Origin: Lichenihabitans sp.
Lineage (GTDB): Bacteria > Pseudomonadota > Alphaproteobacteria > Rhizobiales > Beijerinckiaceae
Direction of reading: 5' to 3'
Assembly (NCBI GenBank): GCA_965277115.1
Contig: CBDIBY010000010.1
Span: 277,136 to 341,135, forward strand
Length of the DNA: 64,000 bases
Shown here: piece by piece, positions 54,309-62,677 of the stretch
How the letters are laid out: every line of letters starts with the position of its first letter
How positions within the stretch are numbered: the first letter of the stretch is position 1
Made by a program: the position numbers and the translations under genes
The notes under the pieces: generated by a model
Told to the model about the DNA's origin: nothing
Databases searched by the model: none
Seen by the model: only the letters and a program-made list of their open reading frames with translations

Positions 54309-55331
54309 ATGTCGAGCGTCGTGTCAAACCCCGTATCGTTCGAACTCAAGACGATGAACGGCCCGGAAAAGGTCGCGGCCCTGCTGCTCGCCATGGGCAA
54401 ACCGCTGGCGAGCCGTCTGCTCAAGCATTTCAACCCGGCCGAGCTCAAGCTCATCACCCGGTCGGCAGCGGCGCTCGGGGCGGTCTCGGTGCATACCCTC
54501 GAGGGCCTCGTCGAGGACCTGGCGGAGCAGTTCTCGCGCGGCGTCGACCTCAGGGCGACGGCGGCGGAGGTCGAGCACCTGCTCGGCGACGTGCTGCCGC
54601 CCGATCAGGTCGCCGAGATCATGTCGGAGGTGATGGGCTCCTCCAATTCGTCGACCTGGGTGCGCCTCTCGGCGCTGCCGGAGAAGGAGATCGCCGATTA
54701 TATCGGCAAGGAGCACCCCCAGACGGCGGCGCTGATCCTGACCCGCCTCACCTCGGAGACGGCCGCCAAGGTGCTGGCGGTGCTGCCGAGGGAGCGGCGC
54801 AACAGCCTCGCCCGGCGCATGCTCTCGCTGCGGCCGGTGAGCGACAGCACCATCCACATCCTCGAGACCAAGCTGCGCGACGACCTGCTCACCAGTTCCG
54901 AGCGCAATCCGGTCGGAAGGGCACAGTCGCGCGTCGCCGACATCCTTAACCGGCTGCCGGTCGAGCAGGCCGAGGAGGTGCTCGTCGCCATCGCCGAGGT
55001 GAAGCCCGAGGACGCCGCGCAGCTGCGCACCAAGATGTTCTCCTTCAACGATGTGGTCATGCTGTCGACGAAGGCGCGCAGCGTGCTGTTCGACAAGGTG
55101 CCGAGCGAGCAGATCGTCCTGGCGCTCAGGGGCACCGACGCCGCCTTCCGCGATGCCGTGCTCTCGACCCTCGGCGCGCGCGCCCGCCGGCTCGTGGAGA
55201 ATGAGCTCAATTCGGGCAGCGCGCCGCCCAAGGACATCGCGGCGGCCCGCAAGGCCATATCGGGCACGGTGCTCGACCTCATCGAGCGCGGCGAGATCGA
55301 GCTCGACGCCGACATGCCGGCCTCGCTGTGA
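54309..55331 (+). CDS. fliG: Flagellar motor switch protein FliG
   Basis: 340 aa. GPEKVAALLLAMG, then EHPQTAALILTRL, and a C-terminal FDDV-type torque helix region (FSFNDVVML). Confidence 0.9.
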   Translation: MSSVVSNPVSFELKTMNGPEKVAALLLAMGKPLASRLLKHFNPAELKLITRSAAALGAVSVHTLEGLVEDLAEQFSRGVDLRATAAEVEHLLGDVLPPDQVAEIMSEVMGSSNSSTWVRLSALPEKEIADYIGKEHPQTAALILTRLTSETAAKVLAVLPRERRNSLARRMLSLRPVSDSTIHILETKLRDDLLTSSERNPVGRAQSRVADILNRLPVEQAEEVLVAIAEVKPEDAAQLRTKMFSFNDVVMLSTKARSVLFDKVPSEQIVLALRGTDAAFRDAVLSTLGARARRLVENELNSGSAPPKDIAAARKAISGTVLDLIERGEIELDADMPASL

Positions 55332-55370
55332 TCCGCCCCGACTCTCTCTCGCGACCGGTGAGCCTCGACC

Positions 55371-56471
55371 ATGAGTGACCAGAGCGACCAAGAGGACAAG
55401 ACAGAAGAACCGACAGAGAAGAAGCTGCGGGATGCCGCCGAGAAAGGCGACGTCCCGATATCGCGGGAGGCCTCGCTGCTCGCGGGGCTGCTCGCCATGC
55501 TTCTCGTCAGTTCGCTGATGCTGCGCGACAGCGCGGTGCGCGTCGTCGAGGTGCTCGGCCGGCTGATCGAGGACCCGGGCCGTTGGACGCTCGAAAACGG
55601 CGCGGACGCGGCCGCCATCGTCGCCATTCCGCTCAGAGCCGCGGCCGATTTCCTGGTGCCGATCTTCGTCGTCTTCATCGTGGCGGGCCTCGCCATCTCC
55701 TTTGCCCAGCATCTGCCGACGGTATCGCTCGAGCGAATCTTCCCCGACCTGTCGAGGATCTCGCCCACGGCCGGCCTCAAGCGGCGATTCGGCAGGCAGG
55801 GCTTCATCGAATTCGGCAAGGGATGCTTCAAGCTCTTCGCCATAGGCTTCGTCATCTTTCTGCTGCTGCGCTCGGAGCAGCAGACCGTCGAAGCGACGAT
55901 GTTCGTGCACCCGGCCTTCGTGCCGGACCGGATCCTCAAGATCTTCACCCGGCTCCTGTCGGGCGCGGCGATCGCCTTTCTGCTGCTGACGGCGATCGAC
56001 TACGTCCACGCCCGGACGAGCTGGCGCCAGCGCATGCGCATGAGCCGTCAGGACATCAAGGACGAGATGAAACAGGCGGAAGGCGACCCGCTGATGAAGG
56101 CCAAGCGCCGGTCGCTGGCGCTCGACCGGGCGCGGCGGCGGATGATCGCCGCAGTGCCGCGCGCCACCGTCGTGATCGCCAATCCGACCCATTATTCCAT
56201 CGCCCTGCGCTACGTCCGCGAGGAGGGCGGCGCACCGGTCGTCGTCGCCAAGGGGCAGGACCTGCTGGCGCTCAAGATCCGCGAGATCGCCGAGCAGAAC
56301 GGCATCACGATCATCGAGAACAAGCCTCTGGCAAGGTCCATGTATGATCATGTCGAGATCGACAAAGCAATACCGCCGCAGTTCTACAAGGCCGTGGCTG
56401 AAGTTATACACTACGTGCAAACCCGCAATGTCCGTCGCTCCGCTCCGAAATCGAACACGGTGGTCCCTTGA
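55371..56471 (+). CDS. flhB: Flagellar export apparatus protein FlhB
   Basis: N-terminus EEPTEKKLRDAAEKGDVPISRE. NPTH autocleavage site (VIANPTHYSIAL). Confidence 0.95.
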   Translation: MSDQSDQEDKTEEPTEKKLRDAAEKGDVPISREASLLAGLLAMLLVSSLMLRDSAVRVVEVLGRLIEDPGRWTLENGADAAAIVAIPLRAAADFLVPIFVVFIVAGLAISFAQHLPTVSLERIFPDLSRISPTAGLKRRFGRQGFIEFGKGCFKLFAIGFVIFLLLRSEQQTVEATMFVHPAFVPDRILKIFTRLLSGAAIAFLLLTAIDYVHARTSWRQRMRMSRQDIKDEMKQAEGDPLMKAKRRSLALDRARRRMIAAVPRATVVIANPTHYSIALRYVREEGGAPVVVAKGQDLLALKIREIAEQNGITIIENKPLARSMYDHVEIDKAIPPQFYKAVAEVIHYVQTRNVRRSAPKSNTVVP

Positions 56472-56944
56472 CCAATTTCTTTGAGACCGAACTCGGTCAA
56501 TACTCGACGGTCTTGGCGGACAACCTGAGGGAAGTCGCCGCGGACCTGCGGGCGATCGATCTTGCGGACCTGGTGAGCTATATCCGCTTCGGCTCCTATA
56601 CGACGATCGAAGACCTGGTCCATTCCTCGACCGAGCTGTTCTTCAGGCAGGGCACGCTGAGCTTCGGCTGGACGGCGGGCGTCGACCTCGGCTGGGGTGA
56701 GCAGCCGAGCATCACCATGGGCATGGAGTTCCGCCATTGCCGGGTCTCGGTCTTCTTCGACCTGTCGGTGCGGGCCTTCGACGAGAGCGTAACGGTCTGC
56801 GGCATCCTGTTCGAGGAGCCGGTGGGCGACCCGCGGCTCAAGGTCGACGTGCTCACCCATGCGATCGCCGGTGCCCGGCTTCCGAGCCACGCGGCGAAGC
56901 GCTCCGAGCAGGCTGGTCCCCTACCCCGAGACGAGATCCCATGA
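56468..56944 (+). CDS. Hypothetical protein translationally coupled to flhB
   Basis: The TTG start overlaps the flhB TGA (TTGA). High GC3. 158 aa with no recognisable motif. Confidence 0.45.
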   Translation: MTNFFETELGQYSTVLADNLREVAADLRAIDLADLVSYIRFGSYTTIEDLVHSSTELFFRQGTLSFGWTAGVDLGWGEQPSITMGMEFRHCRVSVFFDLSVRAFDESVTVCGILFEEPVGDPRLKVDVLTHAIAGARLPSHAAKRSEQAGPLPRDEIP

Positions 56945-57381
56945 GGCCCGCCGACGCGGACCCACGGCCGGGAGCGCCCCGCGGCATTGTCGACGCCCGG
57001 AAGATCGACGGCACCCGTCCGGCCGTGGACGGCTTCAGCTACGTGGTGCTCGATCCGTCCGGCGGCGAGCGCCGCCGCGCCGGACGCCAGCGGATGCGGC
57101 TGCGTACGGGCAAGCTGATCCGCCGCGACGGCCAATTCCTCTGCGAATGCCTGGTCCACAACCGCTCGACCTCGGGTGCCCGGCTGCGGCTCGGCGCCGC
57201 CTGCGACTTGCCCGCGACGATCTATTTCTACGAAGACGAGTCCGGCAACCTGTTCGAGGCCACCGTCCGATGGCGCCGGGAGCGGGAGATCGGCGTGAGG
57301 CTCGGGCTTTGCACCCCTACGGCCGTCCATCATGCCATCGCCGGCCGCATGCGGCGCAAGTTCTACACGCTGAAACGGTAA
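56941..57381 (+). CDS. Single-domain PilZ (c-di-GMP receptor-like) protein
   Basis: ATG 56941 in ATGA overlap with the preceding ORF. RxxxR (RRAGR) is followed 24 aa later by NxSxxG (NRSTSG), the PilZ signature spacing. Confidence 0.7.
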   Translation: MRPADADPRPGAPRGIVDARKIDGTRPAVDGFSYVVLDPSGGERRRAGRQRMRLRTGKLIRRDGQFLCECLVHNRSTSGARLRLGAACDLPATIYFYEDESGNLFEATVRWRREREIGVRLGLCTPTAVHHAIAGRMRRKFYTLKR

Positions 57382-57429
57382 CGGCAGCCGCGCGCCAGCT
57401 TGCCACCCGGCGTCATCGACGAAGGGCCA

Positions 57430-57455
57430 TCATGGCCGGCTTGTCCCGGCCATGA
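57430..57455 (+). terminator. 10-bp perfect stem-loop ~50 nt after the PilZ gene
   Basis: TCATGGCCGG-cttgtc-CCGGCCATGA. It has no clear U-tract, so it is a weak terminator candidate. Confidence 0.3.
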
Positions 57456-57614
57456 CGGCTTCGGTGCGCATCTTTAGCCAGAATTCGCCGCCCTACTGAG
57501 CTCGGTCAAAGCATTGACAGCCGCGCCTCCCCTTACTAGACAGGCGGCGGCTCCTGAAGCCGATGCGATGCGATCCGGCCCTGGAGACCGGCGCCAACGC
57601 CCGACAGCGCGGTT

Positions 57615-57637
57615 GCGCCCTCGGGCGCGTTTTGCAT
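57615..57637 (+). terminator. Small GC hairpin plus U-run (intrinsic-terminator-like) 80 nt upstream of ffh
   Basis: GCGCC-ctcg-GGCGC followed by GTTTTGCATTG. Confidence 0.35.
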
Positions 57638-57716
57638 TGTCGGCATGAGCTTGTGAAGCCGATCCGGCCGACCTCCCGATCCGGGAGCGAGCGCACGGAT
57701 CTCGAAGGACATGCGC

Positions 57717-59300
57717 ATGTTCGAGGGCCTGACCGAGAAGCTCTCCGGCATTTTCGATACGCTGACCCGTCGCGGCGCGCTCTCCGAGGCCGATGTCGGC
57801 ACGGCCTTGCGCGAGGTCCGCCGCGCCCTGCTCGAAGCCGATGTGGCGCTCGATGTCGTGCGGGCCTTCACCGACAAGGTGCGCGAGCGGGCGGTCGGCG
57901 CCAATGTGGTCAAATCGGTGACGCCGGGCCAGATGGTCGTCAAGATCGTCAACGACGTGCTGATCGAGACGCTGGGGTCGGACGCCGACCCGATCAACCT
58001 CGAGGCGGCGCCGCCCGTCGCCATCATGATGGTCGGGCTGCAGGGGGCCGGCAAGACCACGACCACGGCCAAGATCGCCAAGCGCATCGACGAGCGCTTC
58101 AGGAAGCGGGTGCTGATGGCCTCGCTCGACGTCAAGCGCCCGGCCGCCCAGGAGCAGCTCGCGGTGCTCGGCCGGCAGGTCGGCGTCGATACGCTGCCGA
58201 TCGTCGCCGGCCAGACGCCGGTGCAGATCGCCCGTCGCGCCGAGCAGGCGGCGCGCCTGCAGGGCTACGACGTCGTCATGTTCGATACCGCCGGCCGCAC
58301 CCATATCGACGAGCCGCTGATGGCCGAGATGGTGGAGATCAAGGCGGCCGCCAGGCCGCATGAGATCCTGCTCGTCGCCGACAGCCTGACCGGCCAGGAC
58401 GCCGTCAATCTCGCGAAGAGCTTCGACGAGCGCGTCGGCATCACCGGCATCGTGCTGACCCGCATGGACGGCGACGGGCGCGGCGGCGCGGCGCTCTCGA
58501 TGCGCGCCGTCACCGGCAAGCCGATCAAGCTCATCGGCACGGGCGAGAAGATGGATGCGCTCGAAGACTTCCATCCGAGCCGCATCGCCGACCGCATCCT
58601 CGGCATGGGCGACATCGTCTCGCTCGTCGAGAAGGCCGCCGAGACCATCGACGCCGAACAGGCGATGCGCATGGCCGAGAAGATGCGCAAGGGCCGCTTC
58701 GACCTCGACGATCTGAGCGCCCAATTGGCCCAGGTCGAGAAACTCGGCGGCATGGGCGGCATCATGGGCATGCTGCCCGGCATGGGCAAGATCAAGGACC
58801 AGATGGCGGCCGCCAACATCGACGAGCGGATCATCTCGCGCCAGCGGGCCATCATCTCCTCGATGACGCGGCCCGAGCGGCGCAGCCCGGACATCCTCAA
58901 GGCCTCGCGCAAGAAGCGCATCGCGGCGGGCTCCGGCACGCGGGTCGAGGACGTCAACCGGTTGCTCAAGCAGCACCGACAGATGGCCGACATGATGAAG
59001 TCGCTCGGCGGCGGTAAGCGCGGAGCGCTCGGCAAGATGGCCTCGGCCTTCGGGCTCGGCGGCGGCAATCCGCTCGCCGGCATGCCGGAGCCGACGCCCG
59101 AGCAATTGGCGGCGTTGGAAAAGCAGTTCGGCGGCGGCGGCCTGCCGCCGATGCCGCCGATGCCGCCGGGCGGCTTCGGTCAAAGTCTCGGTGGGACGCT
59201 GCCGGGCGGCCGCCTGCCCGGTCTGGGCGGTCCCCGCCTCCCGGGTCTCGGCGGCCTTCCGGGCGGCGGCTTCAATCCCTTCGGAGGCAAGAAGAAATGA
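57717..59300 (+). CDS. ffh: Signal recognition particle protein Ffh
   Basis: [17 protein letters not shown]-terminus (ATG 57717, GAAGGA 7 nt upstream; the longest ORF starts at 57711). GTPase motifs [14 protein letters not shown] and TRMD. Met-rich M domain. Extended Gly/Pro/Met-rich C-terminal tail. Confidence 0.95.
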   Translation: MFEGLTEKLSGIFDTLTRRGALSEADVGTALREVRRALLEADVALDVVRAFTDKVRERAVGANVVKSVTPGQMVVKIVNDVLIETLGSDADPINLEAAPPVAIMMVGLQGAGKTTTTAKIAKRIDERFRKRVLMASLDVKRPAAQEQLAVLGRQVGVDTLPIVAGQTPVQIARRAEQAARLQGYDVVMFDTAGRTHIDEPLMAEMVEIKAAARPHEILLVADSLTGQDAVNLAKSFDERVGITGIVLTRMDGDGRGGAALSMRAVTGKPIKLIGTGEKMDALEDFHPSRIADRILGMGDIVSLVEKAAETIDAEQAMRMAEKMRKGRFDLDDLSAQLAQVEKLGGMGGIMGMLPGMGKIKDQMAAANIDERIISRQRAIISSMTRPERRSPDILKASRKKRIAAGSGTRVEDVNRLLKQHRQMADMMKSLGGGKRGALGKMASAFGLGGGNPLAGMPEPTPEQLAALEKQFGGGGLPPMPPMPPGGFGQSLGGTLPGGRLPGLGGPRLPGLGGLPGGGFNPFGGKKK

Positions 59301-59584
59301 GCGACGCTCCGCCAAGCAAGATGTTCGAAGCCTTCAACGCCATCCGCCAGCGCCTGCAGGAGGCGGACCTGAGCTTCACCTCGGCTGCCTACCGGGACGA
59401 CGCCATGTCGCTCCTGGTCAACGAACCGGGACATTATTGGGAGATCGACGTCCTCGAGGACGGCTCGGTCGACGTGGAAGTCTACACGTCGCAGGGCTTG
59501 AGCGACGACCCGATGGGCGACATCGACCGCTTGATCGAGCGCAATTCCGAAGACCTAGACAAACCCCTCTCAGAAAGGAACTGA
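59297..59584 (+). CDS. Small acidic hypothetical protein (95 aa) between ffh and rpsP
   Basis: ATGA overlap with the ffh stop. High GC3. Its end supplies the AAAGGAA SD for rpsP. No motif recognised. Confidence 0.55.
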   Translation: MSDAPPSKMFEAFNAIRQRLQEADLSFTSAAYRDDAMSLLVNEPGHYWEIDVLEDGSVDVEVYTSQGLSDDPMGDIDRLIERNSEDLDKPLSERN

Positions 59585-59589
59585 ATACA

Positions 59590-59928
59590 GTGTCTCTCAA
59601 AATCCGCCTCTCCCGCTGGGGCGCCAAGAAGCGTCCGTTCTATCGCATCGTCGTGGCCGATGCCCGCGCGCCGCGCGATGGCCGCTTCGTCGAGAAGATC
59701 GGCACCTTCGATCCGCTCAAGCCCCATGAGGATGCCAACCGGCTGGTGATCGACGCCGACAAGGCCAAGGACTGGATCGCCAAGGGCGCCCAGCCGACCG
59801 AGCGCGTGCTGAAACTGTTGGCCTCGGTCGGCGTCGGCGAAGCGCCCAAGCGCCACAACCCGACCAAGGCTCTGCCGAAGAAGAAGGCGCAGGAACGCGC
59901 CGCCGCCGAGGCCGCCAAGGCGGCGTGA
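59590..59928 (+). CDS. rpsP: 30S ribosomal protein S16
   Basis: GTG start at 59590. (M)[41 protein letters not shown] is canonical S16. The longer listed ORF 59191..59928 is an artefact. Confidence 0.95.
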   Translation: MSLKIRLSRWGAKKRPFYRIVVADARAPRDGRFVEKIGTFDPLKPHEDANRLVIDADKAKDWIAKGAQPTERVLKLLASVGVGEAPKRHNPTKALPKKKAQERAAAEAAKAA

Positions 59929-60039
59929 GGCTTGCAGCTTCACTGACACGTTTTCCCGTCGATCCCTCCGCCGCGACATGGAGCGAGCAGATCACCGGAA
60001 ATCGTAGGACAGGCGAAACGCCGCGGTTGGGCTCGCGCC

Positions 60040-61365
60040 TCAAGCCGGCGCCAGGCGTGGCGTCGGCGCCGTATCGTCGTCGCTCGGGCCGGCGCAAGCC
60101 GTCGACAGCGTCGAGCGGAACACGACCCAGAGCAGCACCGAGACGAGGGCGAAGCTGCCGAGGATCATGAACATCGGCGGATAGCCGATGCCTTGCGCGA
60201 TCCAGCCGCCGATGGCCGGGCTGAGCGAAGCCCCCACGCCCTGCACCGTCATCACCGCGCCCTGGCCGACGTTGACCCGGCCGGTGCCGGCGAGGATCCG
60301 CGCCACGAGCCCCGGCACGGCGACGCTCTGCAGCCCGGCGCCGATGCCGTCGAGCATCTGGACGGGATAGATGCCCCAGCTCGAGATGACGTGGGCCGCG
60401 ATGAGGCCGCGGATCGGCAGCGCCACGAAGGAGACCAGCATCACCAGCCAGTAGCCGCGCGTCTCGGCCGTGCGCATGGCGATCAGCGAGACGACGATCA
60501 TCACGCCCTGCGCCACCACGATGGTGATGGCGACGAGGCTCGCCGCATCGCCCTGCCCTGCGGCCACGACCGCGAGTCCGTAGAGCGGCAGCATGGCGCC
60601 GTTGCCGAGATGGAAGCAGGCCAACGCCGCTGCCAGGATCAGGAGCGGTTTGCTCTCCAGCAGTACCTGGAAGCCGCTGGCGCGGCCGTCGTCCTTGCGG
60701 CTCTTCTCCAGGCCGCGCGCCGCCCGGTCGTCGATCGAGGCGCGCGGGATCATCATCACCGAGGCGATCGAGACGATGCCGAAGACCGCCGCCAGCCAGA
60801 ACACGGCGGTGAAGCCGAATTGCCAGCCGAGGAAGCCCGAGAGCCCCGCCCCCACCATGTTGCCGGCATGGTTGAAGGCCTGGTTGCGGCCGTTCTGCCG
60901 GTTGAAGCCTTTCTGGCGCACCATGCCGAGTGTGATCCCTGTGACGGCCGGGCCGATCGCCGCGCCGGCGATGGCGGTGGCCACCTGGGACGCCGCCACC
61001 AGCCAGAAATTCTGCGACAGCAGGATGATGGCCGAGGCCAGCACGGTGCAGATGCCGGGGAAGATGACGAAGAGCCGCTTGCGCGTCGTGGCATCGACGA
61101 GAGCCCCCGCCGGCGCCGTCATGATCATGCCGGCGACGCCGCCGATCGTCATCACCGAGCCGATGAGGCCGCTCTCCCAGTGGTGGGCCAGCAGGAAGAC
61201 GCCGAGGAACGGCCCGATGCCGGCCTGCATGTCGGCCATGAAGAAGTTGAGCACCTGAAGCGGCCAGAGGCCGGGAGGCATTCGGGCGGCTTCGGCTTGG
61301 TCGGCAGCCATGATCCTCGTCTTCTCCGGTCGGACTATCGAGATCAGCATGATGCCGGCGACCAT
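60040..61365 (-). CDS. MFS transporter
   Basis: 441 aa with about 12 TM helices and an MFS loop motif region GALVDATTRKR. The start is uncertain (Met1, Met6 or Met19). Confidence 0.85.
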   Translation of the reverse strand: MVAGIMLISIVRPEKTRIMAADQAEAARMPPGLWPLQVLNFFMADMQAGIGPFLGVFLLAHHWESGLIGSVMTIGGVAGMIMTAPAGALVDATTRKRLFVIFPGICTVLASAIILLSQNFWLVAASQVATAIAGAAIGPAVTGITLGMVRQKGFNRQNGRNQAFNHAGNMVGAGLSGFLGWQFGFTAVFWLAAVFGIVSIASVMMIPRASIDDRAARGLEKSRKDDGRASGFQVLLESKPLLILAAALACFHLGNGAMLPLYGLAVVAAGQGDAASLVAITIVVAQGVMIVVSLIAMRTAETRGYWLVMLVSFVALPIRGLIAAHVISSWGIYPVQMLDGIGAGLQSVAVPGLVARILAGTGRVNVGQGAVMTVQGVGASLSPAIGGWIAQGIGYPPMFMILGSFALVSVLLWVVFRSTLSTACAGPSDDDTAPTPRLAPA

Positions 61366-61378
61366 GGTCTCCGGCGGG

Positions 61379-62635
61379 TCAGGGGATGAGGATCGAGGCG
61401 GCGAGCGCCAGCAGCAGCGCCGGCGGCATGACCAGGATGCCGAGCTTGAGGAAGGTCCAGGCGCCGACGCTCTGGCCCTCGCGGCGCAGCGCAGTCAGCC
61501 ACAGGATGGTGGCGAGCGATCCGGTGACGGAGAGGTTCGGGCCGATGTCGACGCCGATCAGCACGGCGCTCGTGACATGGTCCGACACCTGCGCCGACTG
61601 CACCGCGCTGCCGGCGATGAGGCCGGCAGGCAGGTTGTTCATGATGTTGCACAGGAAGGCGATGACGATCCCCGCGCCCCAGGCGGTCTCCGAGGCGGAG
61701 CGCTCGGCGGCGTCGTGCAGCGCCCCGCTGATCAGGCGGATCAGTCCGGTCTTGTCGAGCGCCTCGACCAGCACGAAGAGGCCGGCGACGAGCGGCAGCA
61801 CGCCCCAGGAGATATCCTTCACCGTGGCCCAGGGCGAGGTCCGCGACCGGATCATCACGACGATCGCGGTCAATGCCCCGGCGATGGCGGTCGGCAGGCC
61901 GAGCTGGATGTCGAGGGTCGAGGAGACGAGAAGCACGATCGCCGTCACGGCGATGCCGAGCGCGGCGGTCTTGCCGCCGCCGGTGAGTTCGGGCACCTCG
62001 ACATCGGCCTCGACCGTCTGCCGGAGCGCTTTGCGCTGCGTCAGACGCAGCATCAGGTAGGTGGCGAGGATCGATAGCACCGAGGGCAGCGCGAATCGCG
62101 GCAGCCACTGCAGGAGCGGCGGCATATGGGCGCCGTAGATGACGAGGTTGGCGGGGTTCGAGATCGGCAGGACGAAGGAAGCCGCATTGGCGATGAAGGC
62201 GCAGACGAGGAGATAGGGCAACGGCTCCTCGGCCCTGGCGGTCTTGACCGCCGCCGCCACCGCCGGCGTCAGCACCACCGCGGTCGCGTCGTTCGACAGA
62301 AAGATCGTCACGATAGTGCCGACCGCATAGACCAGCAGGAAGAGACGGGTCGCCGAACCCTTGGCGCGTCGCGCCGCCATGGCGGCGAGCCAGTCGAACA
62401 ACCCTTCCGCACGCGCCACCTCGGCGAGCAGCATCATGCCTGTGAGGAACAGATAGACGTCGAGACCTTTAGCGATGCCGTTCAGCGCATCCTGCGGCCC
62501 GATCAGCCGGGCGATCACCAGGATCGCGGCGCCGGTCACGGCCCAGACGGCTTCCGGCCAGTCGAAGGGCCGGACGATCACGCCAAGGGTCGCGACGGCC
62601 GCGATGCCCCAGGTCAACATTTGTTCATGCGTCAA
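61379..62635 (-). CDS. ArsB/NhaD-superfamily permease (arsenite/anion transporter-like)
   Basis: 418-aa polytopic protein. ArsB-like N-terminus WGIAAVATLGVIVRPFDWPEAVWAVTGAAILV...LDVYLFLTGMMLLAEVAR. Start is TTG 62635 or ATG 62620. Confidence 0.75.
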   Translation of the reverse strand: MTHEQMLTWGIAAVATLGVIVRPFDWPEAVWAVTGAAILVIARLIGPQDALNGIAKGLDVYLFLTGMMLLAEVARAEGLFDWLAAMAARRAKGSATRLFLLVYAVGTIVTIFLSNDATAVVLTPAVAAAVKTARAEEPLPYLLVCAFIANAASFVLPISNPANLVIYGAHMPPLLQWLPRFALPSVLSILATYLMLRLTQRKALRQTVEADVEVPELTGGGKTAALGIAVTAIVLLVSSTLDIQLGLPTAIAGALTAIVVMIRSRTSPWATVKDISWGVLPLVAGLFVLVEALDKTGLIRLISGALHDAAERSASETAWGAGIVIAFLCNIMNNLPAGLIAGSAVQSAQVSDHVTSAVLIGVDIGPNLSVTGSLATILWLTALRREGQSVGAWTFLKLGILVMPPALLLALAASILIP

Positions 62636-62677
62636 GCGTGGTCTCGCGCGGGAGGGAGGGGTAGAATCGGGGCGCGG

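Noticed and set aside
54324-56420. 698-aa - ORF (also 54698..55948 -, 416 aa)
   Set aside because: It is antisense to fliG and flhB, both unambiguous by their motifs.
57382-57716. SRP (4.5S/ffs) RNA next to ffh
   Set aside because: No domain-IV-like conserved hairpin is recognisable, and ffs is not normally linked to ffh. The region is treated only as a candidate sRNA or leader.
57474-59315. 613-aa - ORF (also 58265..59083 -)
   Set aside because: It is antisense to ffh.
60193-61389. 398-aa + ORF; also 61310..62077 +, 61344..62108 -, 62126..63682 +, 62625..63461 -
   Set aside because: These are antisense or alternative-frame shadows of the MFS, ArsB-like and phosphoesterase genes. All are Arg/Asp/Gly/His-rich with no motifs.
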